NCBI GenBank assembly: GCA_032718475.1
Contig: JAUCBJ010008813.1
Location: 62,001 to 126,000, forward strand
Direction: 5' to 3'
From: Nemertoderma westbladi
Lineage: Eukaryota; Animalia; Xenacoelomorpha
Length of the DNA stretch: 64,000 bases
The translations under genes and the position numbers were made by a program. A model generated the notes under the pieces. It worked only from the letters and a program-made list of their open reading frames with translations, was not told where the DNA came from and ran no database searches. Below, one piece after another: positions 47,206-58,974 of the stretch (within the stretch, counting starts at the first letter, position 1; every line of letters starts with the position of its first letter).

Positions 47206-48345
47206 ATGGATCTTATACCACTAGAATCTACGTCCACCTCACCAAACGATCCCAGTTACTACAATGTCCCTTCGGTTGTTAAGGAATCAAGTTACTACAA
47301 CATTCCGTCGAATTATGAAATCTCTACAGAAATAAAAAAGGAGCCAGTTATTGATTATCGCGATACCGTTAATGTGTCTGAGGAATCTAGCGTAAAAGCT
47401 AACGGGTCTGGAAGTTATGATCAGGACAATGTTGAAGATCCACAATTAGGGTTTATCGAGTATTTTATAACAAAATGTAAAGAAGAAACGATGGAGTTGA
47501 AAGTGAAACCCTGGAAGACTATAATGGTAGGCCTTATAGTTCTGATAATTCTTTATGTAATTGGCATGGCAACAATCATTGTTAGATTGAGAAGTGATAA
47601 CAATGATATCCTTGATAAAATAACAAAGCAAAGGGAAGTCTTTAATGAAGAAATCAAATTACAAGAAAGTTTATTTATTGATAAACTTGAGAAGCAAAAG
47701 AATCAATTAATAAGAAGTCTATTGTGTCCCAATTCACAATCAAATAATTCGGTTAATTTCTACAACAGTCCAATTGGACTACATGGGTTGATCCGATGTG
47801 ATACTTATGGGCCTAACGGACCGTGGTTGCTTATACAGCGTAGAAAAGATGGGCATGTGAATTTCTATCGAGACTGGGCTGATTATACAGCCGGATTTGG
47901 GGATATTCAGAATGAATTCTGGTTGGGTTTAGATAAAATACATAAACTGTCTAAATGTGGTGTTTCGTTAAGAATTGACATGTGGTTGAATGGAATTAGT
48001 AAATATGCGGAATATTCTTCTTTCCGAATCGAAAATGCTTCAACGAATTACTCATTGGCTATATCGGGTTACTATGGTGACGCTGGTGATTCTATAATAG
48101 TTGGCAGCCCAGATGATGATGCATATCTTACTGGGCAACCCTTCAGTACTAAAGACAAGGACCATGACTCATGGGACGACGGCAACTGTGCCGCCACGTA
48201 CAAAGGGGCCTGGTGGTACAATAACTGTAGCAATTCGAGTCCTAATGGCGTGTACGGTGGGTGGAGTAATGGTAAAGGTCTTCTTTGGCTGCCCTGGACA
48301 AACAAGTTAGACAAAGTTGAAATAAAACTAAAAATAAACTTGTAA
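47206..48345 (+). CDS. Intronless type II membrane fibrinogen-related (FReD) protein, 379 aa
   Basis: N-terminal tail, TM segment IMVGLIVLIILYVIGMATIIV, coiled coil, then a fibrinogen C domain (WLLIQRRKDGHVNFYRDWADYTAGFG..EFWLGLDKIH, FSTKDKDHD, NCA..KGAWWYNNC). Confidence 0.95.
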   Translation: MDLIPLESTSTSPNDPSYYNVPSVVKESSYYNIPSNYEISTEIKKEPVIDYRDTVNVSEESSVKANGSGSYDQDNVEDPQLGFIEYFITKCKEETMELKVKPWKTIMVGLIVLIILYVIGMATIIVRLRSDNNDILDKITKQREVFNEEIKLQESLFIDKLEKQKNQLIRSLLCPNSQSNNSVNFYNSPIGLHGLIRCDTYGPNGPWLLIQRRKDGHVNFYRDWADYTAGFGDIQNEFWLGLDKIHKLSKCGVSLRIDMWLNGISKYAEYSSFRIENASTNYSLAISGYYGDAGDSIIVGSPDDDAYLTGQPFSTKDKDHDSWDDGNCAATYKGAWWYNNCSNSSPNGVYGGWSNGKGLLWLPWTNKLDKVEIKLKINL

Positions 48346-48560
48346 TCGCAATTCGATTCAAATTAATGTATTTTAATTTCCAGACTACCCGTCTATAAAG
48401 TTGCACATTTATGAACCTTAATGTTACCTAACGCATTTACTACGGAGTTATTCACTATATTTAATTAAATTAATAACAAAACATGCTGGAAGATACAACT
48501 AACGGTTTCACACCAAGAAGGGACTACTATGAGGCCGTGTTAGAGGGATACTGTATGGCA

Positions 48561-48916
48561 CAGCTGTCGGTTTAGTACAGCAACAGCTGTCGTTCTCGAA
48601 CGAAACTTTTCGAGCAACAGCTGTCGGTTTCGTACGAAACGTTACGAACAACAGCTGTCTGTTTCGTACTAAACGTTTATAGTAACAGCTGTCTGTTTCG
48701 TACTAAACGTTTATAGTAACAGATGTCGGTTTAGTACGAAACTTTACGAGCAACAGCTGTCGGTTTAGTACGAAACTTTTCGAGACAGCTGTCGGTTTCG
48801 TACGAAACTTTTCGAGACAGCTGTCGGTTTCGTACGAAACTTTTCGAGACAGCTGTCGGTTTCGTACGAAACTTTTCGAACTACAGCTGTCTGAACTTTT
48901 CGATTAACAGCTATCG
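48561..48916. repeat. ~32-34 bp minisatellite made of two palindromes, about 11 units
   Basis: The unit ACAGCTGTCGGTTTCGTACGAAACTTTTCGAG contains ACAGCTGT and GTTTCGTACGAAAC. Confidence 0.93.
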
Positions 48917-49387
48917 GCGTTTCTGAAAAAGAAAGTTTCGTCTACGGTGGCCAATTGAGAGTATTCCACGGCTCAATTACTTTATATCTTCATGCAAACA
49001 GGATGACTTCTTCTCAATTCTACATTGCCTTTATATTTTTACCTTATTGAATTATTGATTTCGCTACCGGTATATCAACTGAATCCTGAATCTTAAATAG
49101 GAATTTGTATGGGGGAGGTGAATAGTAATTACTCAGGGGGAATATATTGAACTTGGGGTTTTGGTTCCATTAGTCAAAACATCCAGACATAACAAACTAA
49201 TTGAATATTCTCATATCCTTTTTTACAAATCAAACTGATCGCCTGGACATAAAAGCCACAAACATCCCCCAACAAACACCCTACCCTTCCCCAAACCACC
49301 AGACCCTTGTTCACCCCCCCCCCCCCCCCCCCCCCCAATAAAGAACCCCATCTACACCCCAACCCTAACCCCACCCCCACCCACACC

Positions 49388-50095
49388 TCACTACTCCCCC
49401 ATACCGCCACACCCCTGTCCCACCCCCTCAAACAAAGACCCCCACAAACACCCCAATCCGCACCCCCACCCACACCTCTCTACTCCCCCATACCGCCACA
49501 CCCCTGTCCCACCCACCCCCTCAAACAAAGACCCCCACAAACACCCCAATCCGCACCCCCACTCACACCTCACTACTCCCCCATACCGCCACACCCCTGT
49601 CCCACCCACCCCCTCAAACAAAGACCCCCACAAACACCCCAATCCGCACCCCCACCCACACCTCTCTACTCCCCCATACCGCCACACCCCTGTCCCACCC
49701 ACCCCCTCAAACAAAGACCCCCACAAACACCCCAATCCGCGCCCCCACCCACACCTCTCTACTCCCCCATACCGCCACACCCCTGTCCCAACCACCCCCT
49801 CAAACAAAGACCCCCACAAACACCCCAATCCGCACCCCCACCCACACCTCTATACTCCCCCATACCGCCACACCCCTGTCCCACCCACCCCCTCAAACAA
49901 AGACCCCCACAAACACCCCAATCCGCACCCCCACTCACACCTCACTACTCCCCCATACCGCCACACCCCTGTCCCACCCACCCCCTCAAACAGAGACCCC
50001 CACAAACACCCCGATCCGCACCACCACTCACACCTCACTACTCCCCCATACCGCCACACCCCTGACCCACCCACCCCCTCAAACAAAGAACCCCA
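49388..50095. repeat. C-rich 93-bp minisatellite, about 7.5 copies
   Basis: 31-codon periodicity in ORF 49307..50065. The minus strand has many GGG runs. Confidence 0.93.
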
Positions 50096-50277
50096 TCTGC
50101 ACCCCCACGCCACCCCCCTTTCTTTACAATTTCGTAAAGTAAGGATAATGTGAATAAACCATAAATAATTGTTGCGTTTGTAATATTTTCTATAGAAAAT
50201 ATCCATTAATTTGCGAAGACCCTAAATTAAAATTATAAAACTAAAATAACAAAACCAAATGTAATAATGGTCGATCT

Positions 50278-50446
50278 CTAGTCCTTCCCCCCTACAGCCT
50301 CCTCCCACTGTTTAGCCAGACTACGTCGCTTCTGTCGCAGTAAGCTTCCTGTACTCCGCACTCTCGGTTCCATCACTACTTGTTGCCCAGCAACCGGGGG
50401 ACTCATACTTACGAACCCGCTGGTGTCCTGAGAACTTGTTCCCGAC
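50278..50446 (-). CDS. PALM2-AKAP2/MISP-like protein, last coding exon
   Basis: TTTTGTGCAG acceptor, phase 2. Ends LLRQKRRSLAKQWEEAVGGKD*, resembling the AKAP2_C/MISP terminal motif (RRKSALALRWE). Confidence 0.75.
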
Positions 50447-51030
50447 CTGCACAAAAATAAGACGACGATTTAAAATTGTGTCGGTGCGTTCAGCAACATT
50501 TCATTATGATCCCATTTTATAACAAAAAAACGATAATCATGATGATTTTATTTATGTTAACGTATCATATTATTAACATCCAAGATTAAAGCAATTTAAA
50601 CACAAAGAATCTAAAAAAAATGAGTTTCCCGAAATTATTGTGGTGATTTAATTTTCCGCTTTATTTGAGATGCAGTTGTGTGGCGAGCAACGAGTTAAGC
50701 GAGCTTAGCATACCGGTATCACCGTTTCATACATTGCCTGTCTGCCGGTCGATCTATTTTTAGGCGGTATTTTTACATCTCATGGTACACATCAAGTATG
50801 AAATAGGATTTAGGAAGGGTTACTGACGTGTTCTCCAGCCTGCCGGTTGAGGGTGCTTAGGCAAGCGGTGGTACACGTATGATACGCTACTGTAGCTTAT
50901 TGGAAGTCCGAACGAACGTTTCCGCTCATCCTGTTTAAATTATCGAATTTTAGAAAACATTTTATATAGTCTATACTGTAGATCTATTCAATTAATTATA
51001 TTCATTATGTTTTTAGCTCAGGCTAATAAA

Positions 51031-51830
51031 CAGAGGCGGCGCAAGGGGGGGGGGGGGGGTTATATTAAATATATACAGCAATTACAATAAGCAATAACTT
51101 TCATAACTCTCCATCCCCAACATTTACCTGGCCAATGGCGGGTCCTTGGGGGAGTGGGGGGGGGGGTATATTATATCAGTTCTGAGCTTGACCTGGTCAT
51201 AATAAGTTCACATGTTCACTGTTCACATAGAAGTGAACAGTGGTGTAGCACCTACACAGCTGCTACAGTACAAGGCTAAATATAGTTGGAATAGGGGTGA
51301 TGTAAATTAGGCACCCCGACGAGTTTTACGAGTTTTACAGAAACGACGTAGACGATTAGAAACTGGCTAACGAAGTGCGAGACTGCAGGATTCCTTTGAG
51401 AGGACTCAGTGAGAGTGAATACCCAAATACTTTTGATTAATAAATTAATTTATTAATTAATTACATCTTATGGAGATTATATCTTTCCTAACCTGCGTAT
51501 CGCTCTTCTTACAATTTCAGTTTTCATTGCAGTAAACTTAAATTAATAGTAAATTATTACCTGCGTACTACAACTACAATGTCAGAGAAACGGTTGTCAG
51601 AACTAGCCCTTCTTAGTATAGAGTCAGAAACATTAGATAACTTAGAATTATATGTATTAATAATTATCGAATTAGCTTCACTCAAATCACATATAAGTTA
51701 TTTTATAAATAGACATACTTTTTTAAAATAATTATTATACTCATAAAATTGGCACTCTCTCATTTTTGTGTAATTTTTGTTGGGGCGGGGGGGGGGGGGG
51801 GGGGGGGGCTCTCAATTCGCTGTGCCCCTG
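51031..51830 (+). mobile_element. Internally deleted hAT transposon with a transposase dimerisation-domain remnant
   Basis: SKLKLIVNYYLRT..TMSEKRLSELALLSIE at ~51527-51625. Imperfect TIRs CAGAGGCG / TGCCCCTG. Flanks CTAATAAA and CTAATAAT give a 7/8 TSD match. Confidence 0.8.
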
Positions 51831-52384
51831 CTAATAATTGCAATATTAAGTTAGTAAAATAGTCATTGCAAACGTCTATTTATTATACTTCGCCCTTATA
51901 AACAATTTCGTAAACATTGTAAGTGATTTGATATATAGAATATAACATTGTGTCTCATTGTTTCCCCCAAGCTTGACACCAGAACAAAGCCGCCTCCGCT
52001 TGGCAGGACATTGTATTGCTTTCGTCATTGACAATTGATTGTGGACAATCTTGTGCTTTGGCAACCCCATGGAGCAAATAAGCATGGTGGACAGCCCTAT
52101 GACGTTTCGTGAGACGCTTCTTAAAGGCCATTGGCCTTGAAGATGCGGATGATCTCGCGAAATGTCATGGGGGATAGGGAAGTTGTGGCGGCGCAATGTT
52201 TGATCGACAAGCCGGCATAGCATTCTTAAAAATGCAGCTGCAATGCAGCATGCCGATCCCAGTAGTAGTAGATATATAGAATCTAAACATTCAAGACAAC
52301 ATTGGAATTTGTATTTAGGGATTACGACTAGGTGTAGCCCCAGCCATACCGGCCAGCCCAACGAGAGATTCATAACTAATTTAC

Positions 52385-52838
52385 CTCGTATCTTCCAGAC
52401 TATCGGTTCCCCCAGGTGCACCACTTTGGGACTTCCTCGGAGAGACTCGTTTAGGTAAACCATCCGACTTCGTTGTCGTGGCAGATACTTTAGTAGACGT
52501 TGTAGATTCTGTAGACGAAGGATTCTTTGACTTTGTTGTTGAGATGGATGGAGTACCATCGCTGATTATTGGCGCTTTTATTCCGCGCGAAGAGATTGAT
52601 GGATTAGTTTTTTGGTTATTTGTAGCGGTTTTTAACGGTTTAAAACGCTGACGGAACTTTGAATCGCGGATTAGAGGAAGTTCATCTACGTTGTCGAGAA
52701 CGTCACCAGTGTTGTCCACCGTCTCAACGGCCTCCGACTCATCGATAAACTCGCGACTTTTCCTCAGCTCGCTTTCCTTCTCCTCGGCTTCCTCCATCTC
52801 TTTCCTCATGATGCTCCGCCCACTTAATTTCCGTTTTA
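52385..52838 (-). CDS. PALM2-AKAP2/MISP-like protein exon
   Basis: TTTTCCACAG acceptor. RSIMRKEMEEAEEKESELRK resembles the IEEEIR..QEREEEL motif. AG|GTAAAT donor. Phases fit both neighbours. Confidence 0.8.
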
Positions 52839-53309
52839 CTGTGGAAAATAAAAAACGGCGTTTAGAACTAAACCGCAATTCACTAGAATTCGATAAAAGA
52901 GCATAATAAGATAATATATATACTATTATATAATAATAATAATAATAATAATATTTAATCATTTGTATAGCGCCAACGTTACCGGTAGTATTCTATGGCG
53001 CTAATCAGAGTTAGGTTAGTCAATTTAAATAATCAGAGGACTAATATCAGAGCATAATATATACACTATCGGTATTATAGAGAGCATAGAGAATGATTTC
53101 AGAAATCGGAAAAAAACATCAGCCAATGGAATCCCATCCAAAGCGTTCCATTAGAACCAACAAAAACTCAATAAAGTTTAAGAATACCTGCGGTGTAATT
53201 GGTGAGATTTCGCAGTAGACGACTTTTTAAATCCTAGTAATAAAAATTCTGACGGATATTGTGGGGTCATTTGACCACATTATTCAAGGAGATAGTGTAT
53301 ATTAGATAC

Positions 53310-53475
53310 CTGGGTTCCGTTTTGTCCTTTTCATTTGGCGGACCCATTCTGGTGTTTTTTCGTCCTCTGATGAATTCTCCCTACCAACAGTGTTCAATTT
53401 CTTATTGGTTGCAGCGTCATTGGTTGCCCCAGAAACACTTCCTACCGAATTTTTTGGCTTGTATGTTAACTTCGC
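53310..53475 (-). CDS. PALM2-AKAP2/MISP-like protein exon
   Basis: TTATTTCAG acceptor, encodes AKLTYKPK...PEWVRQMKRTKRNP, CAG|GTATCT donor. Phase 0 in, phase 1 out. Confidence 0.8.
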
Positions 53476-53551
53476 CTGAAATAAAATCATTATATTCAAA
53501 TATTACAAATAAAATTAATCAAAATTATGGGCATTTAAAAAATTACGTCAG

Positions 53552-54482
53552 CCAACACTCAACCCAACACTCCCCCCAACACTCCACCCAACACTCCACC
53601 CAACACTCCACCCAACACTCCACCCAACACTCCATCCAATACTCCACCCAACACTCCACCCAACACTCCACCCAATACTCCACCCAACACTCTACCCAAC
53701 ACTCCACTAAACACTCCACCCAACACTCCATCCAATACTCCAAGCAACACTCTATCCTACACTATATCTGACTCCACCAACACTCCACCCAACACTCCAC
53801 CCAACACTCCACCCAATACTCCATCCAATACTCCACCCAACACTCCACCCAACACTCCACCCAACACTCCACCCAACACTCCACCCAACACTCCACCCAA
53901 CACTCTACCCAACACTCCACTAAACACTCCACCCAACACTCCATCCAATACTCCAAGCAACACTCTATCCTACACTATATCTGAAACTCCACCCAACACT
54001 CCACCCAACACTCCACCCAACACTACATCCAATACTCCATCCAACACTCCACCCAACACTCCACCCAACACTCTACCCAACACTCCACCCAACACTCCAT
54101 CCAATACTCCATGCAGCACTCTATTCCACACACTATATCTGAAACTCCATCCTACACTCATTCAAACAATCCATTGAACACTCCAGCTATCATTCCACCC
54201 AACATTCCACCCAACACTCCACCCAACACTCCATCCAACACTCCACCCAACACTCCACCCAACACTGCACCCAACACTCCACCAAACACTCCACCCAACA
54301 CTCCACCCAACACTCCACCCAACACTCCATCCAACACTCCACCCAACACTCCACCCAACACTGCACCCAACACTCCACCCAACACTCCATCCAACACTCC
54401 ACCCAACACTCCAACCAACACTCCATCCAACACTCCATCTAACACTCCATATAACACTCCACCTAACACTCCATCCAACACT
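53552..54482. repeat. Intronic 12-bp minisatellite CCACCCAACACT with ~200-bp higher-order blocks
   Basis: Direct reading. The interrupting block CAACACTCTATCCTACACTATATCTGA recurs near 53745 and 53960, with a variant near 54115. Confidence 0.95.
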
Positions 54483-54540
54483 CAAGACATTTATTAAGGA
54501 TATGGATTGCTAGCCTCTTGCATTGTTCTGTTAACCTGAC

Positions 54541-54657
54541 CTTTACAGGTTGCGTAGCAACCTCCATCGGACTATAAATTTTATCTTTCGCAGATCCTCG
54601 GAGTTTGAAGTTGTTCAACGCACTTTTTGCACCGGAAAATATCGGCGGTATTTGGAT
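54541..54657 (-). CDS. PALM2-AKAP2/MISP-like protein exon
   Basis: TTTTATTTTAG acceptor. 39 open codons IQIPPIFSGAK...ATQPVK. AAG|GTCAGG donor. Confidence 0.72.
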
Positions 54658-54794
54658 CTAAAATAAAATAAAAAACAAGGAAAATTAAGTAAGGAATAGA
54701 GAATGTGCAGAATCTGAAATTCTATGTAAATTACCAGTATAATGGTACCAGTATAATAAATAAAAATAAAATATTAAAAATAAATTAATTAGAC

Positions 54795-54910
54795 CTTTGG
54801 TTTCTGTGGCAACGTCGGTACTGAGTTCCTTCTATTATTCCAGACATTTCCTCTGTCTTCTTTGTTTTTCGTCAACAATTGATTAACCAGAGGTTTTGAA
54901 GGAAAAAGTC
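54795..54910 (-). CDS. PALM2-AKAP2/MISP-like protein exon
   Basis: TTTTATGCAG acceptor. Encodes LFPSKPLVNQ...RRNSVPTLPQKPK. AAG|GT donor. Phase 1 in, phase 0 out. Confidence 0.72.
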
Positions 54911-55199
54911 CTGCATAAAAATGGTAAATAGGTTCTGCATGTCATATTATAGTTAACTAAAAGGTACATTTAGTCCTACACATATTAAATATTTACTCGA
55001 AAGAAAAGAATCATTTGAACAAAATCGCCAACTCTTCATTAAAGAAAATTATTTGAAAAAAGAAAGATCATCCGGTTTTATTGGCTATTCAGTAGATAAT
55101 AAAAAGTTGTTAAAGAGAAGAGTAAATAACTCTTATAATTTGTAATAACAGACAATAAATGTTTGTATTTCAGTGTTGAAACAATAGAAGTAAAATCAC

Positions 55200-58199
55200 C
55201 TGTATGCGAAGTATCCGATCCATTAGCAACCAAGAACTCGTTCTGCAACTTAGTTCGAACTCCGATCTCTAGTTGAGCCATCTCCCTATCGGTAGCCACG
55301 GCGTGCTCCCGTTGTAATTGGAGTCGGATCTCCTTATCGACGATGGATGTCGGAACTCTGTCGTCTGCGGGAGAGAAACTCCTCTCCGCCTCATCGTCGT
55401 CGCTAAGCTCCGGAGTCCTTAGCAACGGGGTGCTGAAAGCCGGAAGGTCCGGGTCGTTTATTATCGTCTGTTCGAAAAATAAATTGCGATCCAACTTCGG
55501 GATCATCGAGAGATCGAGAACGGGACACGGGAGGGAAGATCGCTTCTTCTGTTTCCTGAACGAGGAAACGAACTTTGGTTTCATAGGCCAATCTGGTGAC
55601 TCACTTCTCGGTGTTGATTTCTTCTTTACATTAGTTTTAACATTTTTGGTTGACTTTTCAGCTTCAGATCTTAATTCTTGGATAACTTCCGGTGGCTTCT
55701 TGCGCTTTTCAACTGCTTCACATGTTTCCGACTTACTGGTTAATCTTGACCCCATAGAAACATTATTTACGTCAGCTTCAGATGGAGAAACAACACATTG
55801 TTGTAAATTGTTTTGTACGTCAATCTTCAACAAGTCGTGAGCAATACCAGGTAGTTTCGAAGTTTCAAGTGTAACAATGCTAGTAATATCTGGAATAATA
55901 TCACGTGGTGCGTTGAATGATGGAATGTCTGTTTCACTTGTGCGCAAGTTGCTGGTTTCCTGTGAACTATTGTTCCATATTTCCACGGCCTCAAAACAAA
56001 CATTACCACCTTTATTGATATCGGATTGGCTCATATTTTTAGAGTTCATATTTTCCAAACTATCTTCTTCTATTCCGCTCCTAATATCCTTATTAGGAGG
56101 CCGTTGTAATGCTGCTTTAGTAACTTCTTCTATGAATTTTTCAGCGTACTCTCTCCATTTGCTGTAAGATTTGTTTGTAAAGCTATCTAAGATATTGCTA
56201 ACATTAACAACATTGAGACCACTAGAGGATTGTCCGCTCTGGGAACCAATGGAATCTATAGACATTGCACATGTTGAAGCCTGATTGGTAATATCGACAT
56301 CGCGAAAATTATTAAAAGCGTTCCGTAGAGATGAATTGATCGCAGAATTAGCACTTATATTAGGCGCATTCATCGCAGAATTGGAATCACCACTTAGCGA
56401 AACAACTACATCAGCCTTTTGAGTCTCATTAATATCAGCAGGTTCATCCATGAAGGATGGAGGGGGAGGAACTATTAACATCTGTAAAGTCCCAACTGTT
56501 TTACATCCAGATTTCGATATTCCCGATAAGGAGCTACTGTTAATACTCGAATCAGTGAAATTAGGTAATGAAAGGCGAACGTTGAAGTCAGTTCCTCTAG
56601 ATTCCAATGGACTATTCGAAACATTTATACAATCAGATGGTTGAGGATTCTGTCCCGTTTTGAAGGAAACCTCCTCACTTACGACTATCTCTTTTGTATC
56701 TTCTGCACAAACACTTGCAATGTCTTCTTCAACTGCGCCACTGATAGCTGATGTGGATTGAGTAACAACTGTACCGACATTTTCCTTGGAATTATTATAT
56801 TGTGATGAATTTTCTGTATTTGCTTCTAATCGTTCAGAATTGACCTCATAATTTTCATCATATGGAACAATAAGTTGAGAATTAGAATTTAAATACTTTT
56901 GTTTGTCGTAAAAGTCTATAACTTGTTCCGCATCTTTTTTGTTCTCATCTGTGGAGTTTTCCGCATCTACCTGTAACTTGAAGCTATGTTCATCAAACTC
57001 AATGTTGGTAAGTACTTTCTCAGTAATAGTCGCTTCAGATATGGAATTATCATTGCTGTTGTTTGTTTTAAAACTTGTCTCTAAACTGTACATCGATGAA
57101 GGTTCTAGAAAATTTATATTAGTAGAGTTGTTGTCAGTAATATTGACAATTGAGTGTTCTTGAGATGTTTCATCATTAATCGAATCATCTTCAGTAATAA
57201 TTAGACAGCCAACAGGACCTCCAACATTCGTATAAGTTGACTTATTATGTTTATCCGAGAGAGAATTGCCGCATATCTCTAAAGACGGATACTCCGAGAG
57301 AGACTCATCCAAAATATACATAGTATTCGGGTTTTTAGAAGGGTCGTTGGTATCATGTGGCTCCGAATGGAAGAAGTTTAAAGACGGTAACTTCGGAGGA
57401 GGTAAATCATTATCTTGATCATCCAACCAAAACTCGTCGTCTATTAACTCGTCTATGATTAATTCGAGTTCTCCAACGTCCTTGAGAGTGCCTTCCGACG
57501 CGTCGCTGCTGAAGCGAGACGTTAACTGTTCACTCCATTTATTTTGTACCGCAGCAGAACTCTGTTCGTAAGATTCCAAGGGATAACTCGGTTTATCGGT
57601 AACCGAAGAAACAATCTCGGATTCTAGAATGTTCGAGACGTTTGTAAGATCATCTGTAACCGTGTCAACGTCTTCCAAGTCGCAACTTATAACGACGAAA
57701 CTAGAATTGGTTGTTCCGCTAACCGGATTCCTTTCTAAATCGTCAGACACAGCATTAGCTGGGCTCAAAGTTTCTCCAAATGATAACATAGACTTGATGC
57801 TGTTACCCTCATTAAATAAACTCTGACTTACAGAAGAACTTATACTGCTTAGTAAAGAATATCCATCTGGTTTGGATTTGTTTGCAGATGTTTTTTTCCG
57901 CGGGCTATTTATAGAATGCTGAGGTTTCGGTTGAATTTTTGGGCGCAAGTTGCCCGATGTTGGAACACTATCACTCGTTGCGTTTATTCTCTGTTGTAAA
58001 TGAAGGCTAGATTCAAATGGTTTGATGTTCTCGCTTGGTTCATCAAGGCTGTTCTCCAGTATGGGTTCGAGATTTCCTTCATTGGGGTCAGACAAACTAA
58101 ATGCGGTGCCGTGGTTGTCGGCACCGCGTGGTCGGTCGGTGGGGTCTGCTGAATGGACGTAGCAACTCGTCTCTATGAATGGAACAGATGGTTCGGCAT
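55200..58199 (-). CDS. PALM2-AKAP2/MISP-like protein, 3000-nt exon encoding a Ser/Asn/acidic, probably disordered region
   Basis: Lies within ORF 55078..58218. TTTTTTAACAG acceptor and CAG|GTGATT donor, phase 1-1. Contains SIVDKEIRLQLQREHAV, another IExEIR..QRE-like motif. Confidence 0.85.
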
Positions 58200-58974
58200 C
58201 TGTTAAAAAAGTAATCAAATCATATAATATATATTTTGTAAGTTGGAAAATTAAGATAATCTTTATTAGCTTGCAATATCATTAACTTAAATTGATATTT
58301 TATTATCACTATTTTACATATTTTTTTAATTATTAGACAGTCAAGTAAAGAATCTTTGCGGTAGGTATACATAAAAATTGGTACCGGTGACTTACTAAGA
58401 TATTATTATTATGAGGACAATCCATGAAATGACATGAAAGCGATTGCACGCTGCCGTCCTCCTTGTTGCCACACGCAACCGCAAGGAAGTCATCAACAGT
58501 GAGAAACGTGATAGGTGCAAGCTTGTGTTGCTGCTTCCCAGTTGTTAGTTGCTGGACAACCCCCCTTTTCATATCATTACACCGACCTTCCTCATTTTGA
58601 CATCATTTGCCATTTAATTTCCTGGCTTGGCCTCTTGAGAATGCCTTCCACTGCGAGGAAAAACTATACAATGCCTGCTGATAACTCATTGCATGCAGTA
58701 TCTAGGTCTCCATTTATGTTCAGGTTACCAACCGGAGAGGTTTTTAAGTCATTTCTTTGACTCACAATATAATATATTATTCAAAAGTAGGATATGAAAG
58801 AATCCCATGATTTTACATTATTTTCAAATATAGTTTAAAAAAAAATGACAGTTAGACCACGCAAACAATAATCTAAATCTCAATCGCTTTAAAACACATG
58901 GAAAAGTCTGGAATGATTTCTCGCAATATTTAATGGAACAATAAGACAACCTGGTAGTTGTATAAACTACCAGG

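Noticed and set aside
48561-48916. CRISPR-like short palindromic repeats
   Set aside because: Units are head-to-tail without unique spacers.
49307-50065. Proline-rich extensin-like 252-aa ORF
   Set aside because: It is a translation of a C-rich 93-bp minisatellite, with a non-ATG start and no signal peptide or splice support.
50828-50930. Extra exon of the AKAP2/MISP-like gene (ACAG...GTCAGT on the minus strand)
   Set aside because: In the phase required by the upstream exon it hits a stop, and the flanking exons already join in frame without it.
51876-52559. 227-aa minus-strand ORF
   Set aside because: It overlaps a real exon in another frame and continues into intron with no recognisable motif.
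53259-54497. HSTQ, VECW, GGVL and NTPP repeat ORFs
   Set aside because: They are frames of an intronic 12-bp repeat.
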